Positions 7,796-16,748 of a stretch of DNA of 41,622 nt are shown here, piece by piece (positions within the stretch are counted from its first letter, which is position 1; each line of letters opens with the position of its first letter). The stretch is from Candidatus Omnitrophota bacterium (GTDB lineage: Bacteria > Omnitrophota > Gorgyraeia > Duberdicusellales > Duberdicusellaceae), in assembly GCA_015486615.1 (NCBI GenBank), contig WFRI01000017.1:1-41622 (forward strand). The letters are read 5' to 3'. The notes under the pieces were generated by a model. The model searched no databases, was not told the DNA's origin, and worked only from the letters and a program-made list of their open reading frames with translations. The position numbers were made by a program, and so were the translations under genes.

Positions 7796-8812
7796 CTATT
7801 TCAGAAAAACACCTAAATGCTCATAGGCCTTTTCGGTAGCCAGTCTGCCCCGATTGCCTCTTTTAATAAAGCCTATCTGAAGCAAATAAGGCTCAATAAC
7901 ATCAATTAAAGTATCTGCAGACTCATTCAAAGACGCTGACAATGCTTCAACTCCGGCTGGCCCGCCTTTATAAATTTCAATTAGAACTTTTAAATATCTG
8001 CGGTCAAACTCGTCCAAACCGGCTTTGTCTATTTTTAAAGAATTTAAAGCCTCTTCTACAATCTCTCTGCCGGCTAAAGGCCTGCCTTTAACCTGGGCAT
8101 AATCCCTTACCCTGCGCAAAAGCCGGTTAGCAAGCCGGGGAGTGCCCCGGGAACGCCGGGCGATTTCATATACAGCCTCTCTTTCTATATCTAGATTAAG
8201 ATGAAGTCCGGATTTCCGGATTATCAAAGAAAGCTCGTCAGTATTATAAAACTCAAAGTTGAAAAACAATCCGAATCTGCTGCGCAGAGGCCCGGATATA
8301 GAACCCTGACGGGTAGTAGCGCCGATAAGAGTAAAAGGCTTAAGGTTAAATTTTATGGATTTGGCATAAGGGCCTTTGTCAATAACAAAGTCTATCTGGT
8401 AATTTTCCATTGCCGGATAAAGAAATTCCTCCACTACCCGGGAAAGCCTATGGATTTCGTCTATAAAAAGTATATCGCCTTTATCTAAATTGGTAAGTAT
8501 GCCGATTAAATCCCCTGCCCTCTCAATTGCCGGGCCCGAAGTTGAAGTAAGTTTTACACCCATAGCATTGGCAATACAGTAGGCTAAAGAAGTCTTGCCC
8601 AAACCCGGAGGCCCTGCCAAAAGAATATGCTCTAAAGGCTCACCTCTTTTTTGGGCGGCTTCTATAGTTATACGCAGAGTTTTTATTATATTGGTCTGGC
8701 CGACAAAGTCTTTAATCTCCTTTGGCCTCAGGGAAAGATTAAAAACTGCTTCTTCTTCTGATGAAACAGGGGCAAAAAATCTCTCGGAATTAAATATATC
8801 TTTTCCTTTCAT
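7796..8812 (-). CDS. ruvB: Holliday junction branch migration ATPase RuvB
   Basis: SLRP, GPPGLGKT, FIDEIHRL, EEFLYPAME, SRGTPRLANRLLRRVRD. Confidence 0.98.
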   Translation of the reverse strand: MKGKDIFNSERFFAPVSSEEEAVFNLSLRPKEIKDFVGQTNIIKTLRITIEAAQKRGEPLEHILLAGPPGLGKTSLAYCIANAMGVKLTSTSGPAIERAGDLIGILTNLDKGDILFIDEIHRLSRVVEEFLYPAMENYQIDFVIDKGPYAKSIKFNLKPFTLIGATTRQGSISGPLRSRFGLFFNFEFYNTDELSLIIRKSGLHLNLDIEREAVYEIARRSRGTPRLANRLLRRVRDYAQVKGRPLAGREIVEEALNSLKIDKAGLDEFDRRYLKVLIEIYKGGPAGVEALSASLNESADTLIDVIEPYLLQIGFIKRGNRGRLATEKAYEHLGVFLK

Positions 8813-9501
8813 TTTCTGACTATTATAATATCTGAAAAAGCCCCCTCCTGCAGAGCGGCTATCTCCTGCAGTTTTATTAATTCCAAGATCGCTAAGAATA
8901 TAGCAACTATTTCCAAATTATTCCTCGCCTGGCTGAATAATCCCGATAAAGAAACCTTGGGTTTATTCATCAACAAATGCAGGATATAATGGATTTCCTC
9001 TTCAACCGTGAACTCATCTTTTATAACCTCATAAAAAACATCTTTGGGCACGTCTTTAACAGCCTCTTTAAAAGCGTTGATAAGGTCAAATATACTGGCT
9101 TCAAAATAAATTTCCCTGCCGTCAACCTCTATATTAGCCGGCGGCCGGGTAAAGTATTTTGAACGGACGGATTGCTTCTCTTTTAAGAAAGAAGCAATCT
9201 CTTTATACCTTTGATATTCTAAAAGCCGGGCCACTAATTCTTCGCGGGGATCCTGGGGCTGCTCCTCTACAGCCTGAGGCTGAGGCAAAAGAAGCCTGGA
9301 TTTTATCTGGATTAAAGTCGCAGTCATAACCATATATTCCGAAGCAATGTTAAGGTCTAAAAGCCGCATCAGTTCTAAAAATTGCAGGTACTGGTTCAAA
9401 ACTGTATTTATAGGGATATCGTGTATATTGATATGGTTTTTCTTTATCAAATAAAGCAATAAATCTAAAGGGCCTTCAAATATATCCAATTTTACTTTCA
9501 T
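8809..9501 (-). CDS. scpA: Segregation/condensation protein A (SMC kleisin)
   Basis: FEGPLDLLLYLI, KSRLLLP, DPREELVARLLEY, FLAILEL; start at ATG 9501 with GGAG upstream. Confidence 0.95.
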   Translation of the reverse strand: MKVKLDIFEGPLDLLLYLIKKNHINIHDIPINTVLNQYLQFLELMRLLDLNIASEYMVMTATLIQIKSRLLLPQPQAVEEQPQDPREELVARLLEYQRYKEIASFLKEKQSVRSKYFTRPPANIEVDGREIYFEASIFDLINAFKEAVKDVPKDVFYEVIKDEFTVEEEIHYILHLLMNKPKVSLSGLFSQARNNLEIVAIFLAILELIKLQEIAALQEGAFSDIIIVRK

Positions 9502-9508
9502 CGCTCCG

Positions 9509-10489
9509 CTACCGGGCAAAAGGCATAGTTTCTTTTACCTGTGATAAAGTCTCTTCAGCAAGCACCTCTGCTTTTTTTCTTCCGGAATCAATAATATCAG
9601 AAATATAGCCTTTTTTCTTTAACAAATTTTCCTTTTTATCTCTGGCCGGCTCAAGCAGTTTTTTCAAAATACCAGCCAGTTTTTTCTTGCAGTCTGTGCA
9701 TCCTATTTTTGCAGCCAGGCAGTCCTGTTTAATCTCTTCCCTGACATCAGGCGCAAAAAGCTCGTAATAAGAATAAACATTGCAAATCTGCGGCCGGCCG
9801 GCCTGAGTTCTTTTTATCCTCTGCGGGTCGGTAAACATATTCTTAACTTTAGACTCTACCTCTTCAGGACTGTCTGAAAGATATATGCAGTTTTGGTAAC
9901 TCTTGCTCATTTTCCTGCCGTCAGTGCCTAAAAGTTTTGGAGCAGGAGAAAGTATAGGCTGAGGATAGGGAAAAATTTCTTTCTTATATAAAAAATTAAA
10001 CCTGCGGGCAATTTCCCTGCTAATCTCTAAATGAGGAAGCTGGTCCTCGCCCACCGGCACATAACCAGCCTTGTAAATTAGTATATCAGCAGCCTGCAGG
10101 ACAGGATATCCTAAAAACCCTAAATTGTTTATGTCTTTATCCTTAAGCTGTTTCACCTGGTCCTTAAATGTAGGACAGCGGGTAAGCCAGCCTAAAGGGG
10201 TAAAGGCAGAAAATATAAAAAATAACTCTATGTGCTGTTTTACCTGGGACTGGATAAAGATAGTAGAAGATTCCGGAGAAATCCCCCACGCCAGCCAATC
10301 AGCAATATTATCCCGGGAATAAACCCCTATTTGAGAAGGGTCTTTATATTCGCTGAGAAGCGCATGCAAATCAGCAGACATAAACAAACACTCGTATTTG
10401 TCCTGAAGCTGTTTCCATTGAGAAAGCACTCCGGCAAGATGGCCCAAATGAAGCCGGCCGGTAGGACGCATTCCGCTTAATACTCTCAT
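9509..10489 (-). CDS. trpS: Tryptophanyl-tRNA synthetase
   Basis: SGMRPTGRLHLGH (HIGH), YPVLQAADIL, VPVGEDQ, KMSKS. Confidence 0.98.
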   Translation of the reverse strand: MRVLSGMRPTGRLHLGHLAGVLSQWKQLQDKYECLFMSADLHALLSEYKDPSQIGVYSRDNIADWLAWGISPESSTIFIQSQVKQHIELFFIFSAFTPLGWLTRCPTFKDQVKQLKDKDINNLGFLGYPVLQAADILIYKAGYVPVGEDQLPHLEISREIARRFNFLYKKEIFPYPQPILSPAPKLLGTDGRKMSKSYQNCIYLSDSPEEVESKVKNMFTDPQRIKRTQAGRPQICNVYSYYELFAPDVREEIKQDCLAAKIGCTDCKKKLAGILKKLLEPARDKKENLLKKKGYISDIIDSGRKKAEVLAEETLSQVKETMPFAR

Positions 10490-10522
10490 AATAAATTACC
10501 TTCTATAAATACACCACTGTAT

Positions 10523-10572
10523 TCTGCTAAAAAAGCACTGGCTACCACTAAAAAGCGCTTACGCGCTTTGGA
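10523..10572 (-). repeat. Intergenic repeat B, complete copy
   Basis: Minus strand tccaaagcgcgtaagcgctttttagtggtagccagtgcttttttagcaga; 5' half recurs at 18930-18962, 3' half at 6511-6536. Confidence 0.75.
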
Positions 10573-10608
10573 CACCTCGGGGGTGGAACGAGTTCCACCC
10601 CCGAGGTG
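10573..10608. repeat. Perfect 17-bp inverted repeat (REP-like)
   Basis: CACCTCGGGGGTGGAAC-ga-GTTCCACCCCCGAGGTG. Confidence 0.9.
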
Positions 10609-10645
10609 AGTTCCGGTAAGAATGCGGTTGCCCAACATCGAATAC

Positions 10646-10680
10646 CCAATCCTGATGTCGCCTTTCGTTGAACAATACCC
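10646..10680 (+). repeat. Degenerate 5' fragment of intergenic repeat A
   Basis: ccaatcctgatgtcgcctttcgttgaacaataccc is 27/35 identical, ungapped, to 141-175. Confidence 0.7.
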
Positions 10681-10701
10681 TTAAATCTAAACCTTAAATG
10701 G

Positions 10702-12603
10702 TTAAAGCCTTCTGGTTATAGACTCTTCTATATAGGCGTTGATAATGTCTTCTTCTTTTAAACCGTTGAAACCAACGCCGATTCCGCATTCAAAACCCTG
10801 TTTTACTTCCCGCACATCTTCTTTAAACCTCTTTAAAGAATGTATCCTGCCCTTAAAAATAACTTCACCCTGCCTCTCTACTTCTACCTGGCAGGAACGG
10901 TTGATACTGCCTTTTTCCACTATACAGCCGGCAATTATTCCGGATTTGGAAAGTTTAAACACTTTTTTCACCAAAGCCCGGCCTTGGAATTTCTTAACTA
11001 TTTCGGGCTCCAACATTCCTTCTAAAGCGGCTTTGATGTCATTAAACAACTCGTAAATCACTTCATACCTTTTTACTTCTATGCCTTTAGTTTTTACCAT
11101 ATCTTTTGCTTTCGGTTCTATGCCTACCTTAAACCCGATAATAATAGAATCTGAAGCATCTGCCAGAATAACATCCGAAGCATTAACAATGCCCACGGCT
11201 TTATGAATAACTTCAATTTTTACTTCCTGAGAATCTATTTTCTTAAGCATATCTTCTATGGCTTCTAATGTCCCGGAAACATCAGATTTAATAATAATCT
11301 TCAGAGAAGTGCTTTTTTCTTCCTTTATTTTAGCATAAAGATCTTCTAACTTCATATGGCCTGCGGTTTTTTCCTGCCGGGGCTTGTTCTTTCTTTGCTG
11401 GATTATTTTCAAAGCCTGTTTCTCATCAGGGACAACGAAAAACTTCTCGCCGGCCTCCGGCACTCCGGATATTCCAATAATTTCCACAGGCATAGAAGGC
11501 TTTGCTTCCTTTACCGGCTCTGCCCGGTCATTAAATAAGGCCCTAACCCTTCCAAAAAACTCTCCGCAAACTACCACGTCTGCAGTTTTCAAGACCCCAT
11601 GCTGGACTACTGCAGTAATTACCGGCCCTCTTCCTGAAGAAAGTTTAGCCTCCAGCACCACTCCCAAGGCAGGCCTTTGGTAATCTGCTTTAAGCTCTAA
11701 AAGTTCAGCCTGAATAAGTATCATTTCCAATAATTCACTTATACCCTGGCCGGTTTTTGCAGAAATTAAAACAGTAACTGTTCTGCCGCCCCAATCTTCA
11801 GGAGCAAGGTCTATCTTAGACAACTGCTGTTTTACCATATCGATATTAATATCAGGCTTGTCAATCTTATTTATCGCTACTATTATAGCAACATTGGCAG
11901 CCCGGGCATGGTTTACTGCCTCTATTGTCTGAGGTTTTACCCCATCGTCAGCCGCCACTACAATAACCGCTATATCAGTGATATTAGCACCCCTTGCACG
12001 CATAGCAGTAAAAGTCTCATGGCCGGGAGTATCTATAAAAGTTATTTTCCCTTTGGAATGTTCTATTTGATAAGCACCTATATGCTGGGTAATTCCTCCG
12101 GACTCTTTAGCAGCAATGCGCGAACGCCGGATATAGTCCAATATTGAAGTTTTGCCATGGTCAATATGGCCCATAAGTGTTACTATCGGCGGCCGGGGCT
12201 GCAGGTTTTCTTCGCCTTTTACTTCCAAAATACTCTCTTCAATCAGGCCTTTTTCTTTAAGCATAAATCCGTGATTCTTGGCAATACTTTCAGCCAAAGG
12301 CTTTTCAACATTTTGGTTAATGCTTAACAATTTTCCATTAGCCAGGATTTCTTTTATTAAAACCGAAGGTTTGCATCCTAATTTAACTGCAAAATCCTTT
12401 ACCGTCAGCGGGAATTCCACCTCTAAAACATTCTCTGCCCTTTCCTGCTCCAGAAGTTCTTCTATTTCATTTTTGATTATATCGGCTGTTTCTTTGTCAA
12501 CGACTGACATATGACTTTTCACCGGAAAATTTATAGACCTGAGCCTCTTAATAAGCTCTCTGGAATCCATATTTAACTGTCTGGCTACTTCGTATATTCT
12601 CAT
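10702..12603 (-). CDS. infB: Translation initiation factor IF-2
   Basis: [48 protein letters not shown]. Confidence 0.98.
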   Translation of the reverse strand: MRIYEVARQLNMDSRELIKRLRSINFPVKSHMSVVDKETADIIKNEIEELLEQERAENVLEVEFPLTVKDFAVKLGCKPSVLIKEILANGKLLSINQNVEKPLAESIAKNHGFMLKEKGLIEESILEVKGEENLQPRPPIVTLMGHIDHGKTSILDYIRRSRIAAKESGGITQHIGAYQIEHSKGKITFIDTPGHETFTAMRARGANITDIAVIVVAADDGVKPQTIEAVNHARAANVAIIVAINKIDKPDINIDMVKQQLSKIDLAPEDWGGRTVTVLISAKTGQGISELLEMILIQAELLELKADYQRPALGVVLEAKLSSGRGPVITAVVQHGVLKTADVVVCGEFFGRVRALFNDRAEPVKEAKPSMPVEIIGISGVPEAGEKFFVVPDEKQALKIIQQRKNKPRQEKTAGHMKLEDLYAKIKEEKSTSLKIIIKSDVSGTLEAIEDMLKKIDSQEVKIEVIHKAVGIVNASDVILADASDSIIIGFKVGIEPKAKDMVKTKGIEVKRYEVIYELFNDIKAALEGMLEPEIVKKFQGRALVKKVFKLSKSGIIAGCIVEKGSINRSCQVEVERQGEVIFKGRIHSLKRFKEDVREVKQGFECGIGVGFNGLKEEDIINAYIEESITRRL

Positions 12604-13739
12604 TGTTTCTCCATAAGTTTTCTTGCCTGGTTAATAATGCTCTCAGCCTTCTTGCTACCTAACCCCTTAATTTTTATCAAATCTTCCACAGAAGCACCGG
12701 CTAAAGATTTTAAGGTCATAAAGCCCTTATCCTTCAAAAGGTCGAGGAATTTATCGCCGACTCCTTCAAGTTTCTTTAAACCAGCCTGCTCCTCTTTTAA
12801 GCCTTCGGGTGAACGAACATCCAGTTCCCATTCAGTAAGCCGGGAAGCAAGCCGGACATTCTGGCCGTGTTTACCAATAGCAATAGACAAATCATCGGCA
12901 TTCACCACCACTAACGCCCGCTTGTGGGTTTTATCCAGATTTATGCTCCGCACTTTAGCCGGAGACAAAGCAGACTTAATAAATTCCACCGGGTCGGAAT
13001 TCCACCTTACTATATCTATTTTCTCTCCTCTAAGTTCATTAACCACGCTCTTTACCCGCGTCCCGCGCATGCCTACGCAAGAGCCTACAGAATCCACTTT
13101 TTCATCTTTGGAATATACTGCTATTTTTGTCCTATCCCCGGGGTCCCGGGCTATAGATTTTATTTCTACAACTCCTTCGTATATTTCCGGAACTTCCAGC
13201 TCAAAAAGTTTCTTTACAAACGCCGCTGCCCTGCGGGAAACAATTATCTGAGGAGACCTATCTTTACGCACCTCTAAACAGTAAACCCGTATCCTCTCGC
13301 CAATCTTAAAATTATCCAGAGGAGAAAGCTGGTCCCTGGGAATTATCGCTTCGGCTTTGCCTAATAAATCCAAAACAACGCCTTTTTTGTCAAACCTATA
13401 TACAGCACCGCTTAGAATCTTGCCTATTTTTTCACTGAAATCAGTAAATACCACTTCCTTTTCGGCTTCTCTTATTTTCTGGATAATAATCTGCCGGGCA
13501 GTCTGGGCCGCGATTCTGCTTAACCCTTCAGAAATCATCTCCTGGTCGCCGACAAAGGCTTTAATCACCCCTGTTTTACGATCTATTTCCACGTTTATCT
13601 GCGCATCAGGATTGGTTATCTTGGCTATCTTGCGCGCTGCTACTACCAAAGCCTGTTCTACAGCCTCCAAAAGCGTCTCTTTGCTAATGCCTTTCTCTCT
13701 TTCCATCTGTTCTAATATAGCGATTAATTCTTTATTCAT
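12600..13739 (-). CDS. nusA: Transcription factor NusA
   Basis: RIAAQTARQIIIQKIREAE, ARDPGDRTKIAV, AIGKHGQNVRLASRL, C-terminal HhH domain. Confidence 0.98.
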   Translation of the reverse strand: MNKELIAILEQMEREKGISKETLLEAVEQALVVAARKIAKITNPDAQINVEIDRKTGVIKAFVGDQEMISEGLSRIAAQTARQIIIQKIREAEKEVVFTDFSEKIGKILSGAVYRFDKKGVVLDLLGKAEAIIPRDQLSPLDNFKIGERIRVYCLEVRKDRSPQIIVSRRAAAFVKKLFELEVPEIYEGVVEIKSIARDPGDRTKIAVYSKDEKVDSVGSCVGMRGTRVKSVVNELRGEKIDIVRWNSDPVEFIKSALSPAKVRSINLDKTHKRALVVVNADDLSIAIGKHGQNVRLASRLTEWELDVRSPEGLKEEQAGLKKLEGVGDKFLDLLKDKGFMTLKSLAGASVEDLIKIKGLGSKKAESIINQARKLMEKQ

Positions 13740-13760
13740 TGCTGCCTCCCTAAAAATTAG

Positions 13761-14231
13761 TTATAAGACCTGCCTGGCTTTTTGTATATCAGCAAAAAAT
13801 ATCTCCCGCGGCCCTGTTTTGGACATAATTTCTATTCCGCTGTTTTTTACTTCTTTCAACTCCCCTGCTATCTCCTTTACCTTCAAGATGCCTTCTTTTT
13901 TGTCCTTAAACCACACTTTCACAACCCTGTTTTTCACCCGCAGGAAATCCTTATACTGTTTCAAATCCCTGTCTGCGCCGGGCGAAAAAACTTCTATATT
14001 TATATCCTCACTAAAGTAATTTTCTCCTTCAATAATCTTTCTTATCTTAAAATTCAGCCTTGCGCATTCGTGCAAATCAATGCCTCCCTGTGCGTAATCA
14101 ACTAAAACTCTTAAAGTAATACCTCTGCCTGTGTTAATAATTTTAAAATCAAAAAGGGTAAACCCATTCTTAACTATAATCTTCTCTATACTGTCCCTGA
14201 TAACCTGCTGATTTCGGCTGCTTACAAGCAT
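13761..14231 (-). CDS. rimP: Ribosome maturation factor RimP
   Basis: LRVLVD...GIDLHEC, IEVFSPGADRDL; directly upstream of nusA. Confidence 0.92.
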   Translation of the reverse strand: MLVSSRNQQVIRDSIEKIIVKNGFTLFDFKIINTGRGITLRVLVDYAQGGIDLHECARLNFKIRKIIEGENYFSEDINIEVFSPGADRDLKQYKDFLRVKNRVVKVWFKDKKEGILKVKEIAGELKEVKNSGIEIMSKTGPREIFFADIQKARQVL

Positions 14232-14232
14232 A

Positions 14233-15468
14233 TTACTTCCTCAAATAATCCCTTGCCCAATCCAATACTGATTCTTTATTCACTAATATCTTCTGCTTGT
14301 TTTTACGGAAAACTATTTCCACTTTACCTTGTGAAAAACTTCCTTTGCCTAAAACAAATAAATAAGGCATTCCTAAAAGGTAAGCATCATTAAATTTAAC
14401 TCCAACGCTTTCGTTGCGGTCGTCCAAAAGCACATCGTAGTTTAGAGAAGAAATTTTCCCGTAAAGTTCCCGGCTGTATGATACCAAATCTTCAGCCTGG
14501 CCTAAAACTAATATTTCAACATCAAAAGGAGCGATTTTCTTAGGCCAGATAATCCCTTCCTGGTCATAATTATTTTCTATAACTGCAGGTATAAGCCTGC
14601 TGACTCCTATGCCATAACAGCCCATTATAATTTCTTTTCTCCGGCCGTCAGCATCCAAAAAATAAGCGCCTAAAGCCTGCGAATATTTTGTGCCTAATTT
14701 AAAAATATGGCCTATTTCTAAAGCGTTAATCTCCTCCAACTGTGCCGCGCATACAGGGCAAGATCCTCTCTGCTTAAAATACCTGCCGCAGTTAGGACAG
14801 AAAAAAACTTTATCTTCGCCGGACTCGCCTTTAACCAAAAACTCCTCAGATTCCGACCCTCCCATAGCCCCGGTGTCCGCTCCTAAAATAATCGCCGGCA
14901 GGCCGCATTCTCTAAATATATTCTGGTATGCTTCTTTCATTTTGCTATAGCTCAAATTTAGGCCTTCCTGGTCCCGGTCAAAGCTGTAAGCGTCTTTCAT
15001 AATAAATTCACAGCTTCTTACCAGGCCGGCCTTAGGCCTGATTTCATCACGAAACTTAGTCTGTATCTGGTAAAGAATCACCGGCATTTGTTTATAAGAA
15101 GAAATGAATTTTTTTGCTAAATCAGTAATAACCTCCTCATGCGTAGGGCCTAAACAAATATCCCTGCCTCTTCTGTCTTTAAAAGTAAACATAATTTCTT
15201 CCAGCACCTTGTCTCGTCCGGTTTTCTGCCAAATTTCCAAAGGCTGCAAAGCCGGCAAAAGCACTTCCTGGCCGTCATACATATTCATATATTCCCTGAT
15301 AATATTTTCTATCTTGCGCAAAGCCATAAGCCCTAAAGGAAGATAAGAAAATATTCCGGCAGATAAAGCATTAAGCAGACCTGATTTTATACAAAGCCGG
15401 TGAGAAACTGTCTCCGCATCTTTAGGAGTCTGCCTTTGAGTACTAAGAAAAAATCTGCTAAGCCTCAT
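14233..15468 (-). CDS. proS: Prolyl-tRNA synthetase (bacterial type, no full editing domain)
   Basis: LGPTHEE, YQIQTKFRDEIRP, EFIMKDAYSF, EIGHIFKLGTKYS, MGCYGIGVSR. Confidence 0.97.
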   Translation of the reverse strand: MRLSRFFLSTQRQTPKDAETVSHRLCIKSGLLNALSAGIFSYLPLGLMALRKIENIIREYMNMYDGQEVLLPALQPLEIWQKTGRDKVLEEIMFTFKDRRGRDICLGPTHEEVITDLAKKFISSYKQMPVILYQIQTKFRDEIRPKAGLVRSCEFIMKDAYSFDRDQEGLNLSYSKMKEAYQNIFRECGLPAIILGADTGAMGGSESEEFLVKGESGEDKVFFCPNCGRYFKQRGSCPVCAAQLEEINALEIGHIFKLGTKYSQALGAYFLDADGRRKEIIMGCYGIGVSRLIPAVIENNYDQEGIIWPKKIAPFDVEILVLGQAEDLVSYSRELYGKISSLNYDVLLDDRNESVGVKFNDAYLLGMPYLFVLGKGSFSQGKVEIVFRKNKQKILVNKESVLDWARDYLRK

Positions 15469-15476
15469 TTTAATTC

Positions 15477-16739
15477 CTAACCTTGGTTAAAAATACTTCT
15501 ATCCAGAGAGATGCCTTCCTGCTCAAACCGGTAAAGGAAATCCGGCACATAATCCAAAGCCTTAAATTTTCCCTGAGCCTTATTCTGCTTAACCCCGCTT
15601 TTTTCATAAACAAAAATATCCTTTATAGCAATATTATTATTCTCATCCATATTCCCGACTTCGCTTATCCGGGTAATCTTACGCGAGCCGTCAACTAACT
15701 GCTCCTGCTGAACTATTAAATCCAGACCCTGCGATATCTGCCTTCTCACCGCCCAAATAGGCAGGTTGATATTTGAATAGAAAACCATAGTTTCTAAACG
15801 GGTAAGCACATCTTCCGGAGAAGAAGCATGAATAACTGCCAACGAGCCCTTATGCCCGCTGTTTAACGCCTGAAGATAATCCAAAGCCTCCCTGCCTCTT
15901 ATTTCTCCCAGAATAATCCGGGTAGGCCGCATTCTTAAAGTATTGATGAACAAATCCCGTATAGGCACCTCGCCTTTGCCTTCTATATTAGCCTGCCGGG
16001 CAAGAAGCCTGACTACGTGGTCCTGGCGCAGGTGAAGCTCCAAAGCGTCCTCTATGGTAATAATCCTTTCCTGCTCGTCTATATAAGAAGACAATACTTC
16101 CAATGTAGTGGTTTTACCACAGCCCGTAGCCCCGGAAAAGATAATATTCAGCCGGGCCTTTATGCAGCCTTTAAGAAACTCTGCCATTCTTTCGTCTAAA
16201 GTGCCGCATTTGACTAAATCTTCAACTGTATTCAAGTCGATTAAAAACTTGCGGATTGTAACCACTGTCCCGGAAGCGGACAAAGGAGGAATTATTACAT
16301 TTATCCGCGAGCCGTTTTCTAAAGAGAAATCTACAAAAGGCGAAGACTCGTCAACCCTCCTGCCAGTAGGCATAAGCATTTTGTCAACAAGATAACGCAG
16401 CTGGTGGTCATCTTCAAATTTTACCGGGCTTAAAACTTTTTTGCCGTTTTTTTCTATATAAACTTTATCCGGACCATTTATCATAATTTCCGTAATGTCC
16501 GGGTCATCTAAAAGCGTCTGTAAAGGCCCTAAGCCGAAAAGTTCTGAAGCCAATTCTTCCTTAACCTGAGAGCGTAAAGGCCCGGGGATATCCATTTTCA
16601 TCTCGTTAGCCATATAATCAAAAATATTATCCATACGGTGCAGGATTTCATCCCTGTTCATTTCTTCAACATTCTTATTTCTGCCGTAATCTAAAAACAA
16701 CCTTTCCCGAACTGCCCTCTTTAACTCTTTCTTTTCCAT
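15477..16739 (-). CDS. cpaF: TadA/CpaF family pilus-assembly/secretion ATPase
   Basis: LGPLQTLLDDPDITEIMING, GRRVDESSP, Walker A GATGCGKTT, TIEDALEL Asp box, LRMRPTRIILGEIRG, GHKGS..IHA. Confidence 0.92.
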   Translation of the reverse strand: MEKKELKRAVRERLFLDYGRNKNVEEMNRDEILHRMDNIFDYMANEMKMDIPGPLRSQVKEELASELFGLGPLQTLLDDPDITEIMINGPDKVYIEKNGKKVLSPVKFEDDHQLRYLVDKMLMPTGRRVDESSPFVDFSLENGSRINVIIPPLSASGTVVTIRKFLIDLNTVEDLVKCGTLDERMAEFLKGCIKARLNIIFSGATGCGKTTTLEVLSSYIDEQERIITIEDALELHLRQDHVVRLLARQANIEGKGEVPIRDLFINTLRMRPTRIILGEIRGREALDYLQALNSGHKGSLAVIHASSPEDVLTRLETMVFYSNINLPIWAVRRQISQGLDLIVQQEQLVDGSRKITRISEVGNMDENNNIAIKDIFVYEKSGVKQNKAQGKFKALDYVPDFLYRFEQEGISLDRSIFNQG

Positions 16740-16748
16740 AACCGGCTC

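Noticed and set aside
10490-10701. T-box or attenuator leader for trpS
   Set aside because: No T-box consensus (AAGGTGGCACCGCG-like) and no Trp-rich leader peptide on the minus strand; the region is explained by repeat modules.
12637-14019. Long plus-strand ORFs (204 and 220 aa) antisense to nusA/rimP, and similar ORFs opposite infB, ispG/rseP, hppA, the MFS and rnf genes
   Set aside because: Shadow frames of well-conserved genes, with Ser/Ile/Phe-rich composition and no motifs or RBS.
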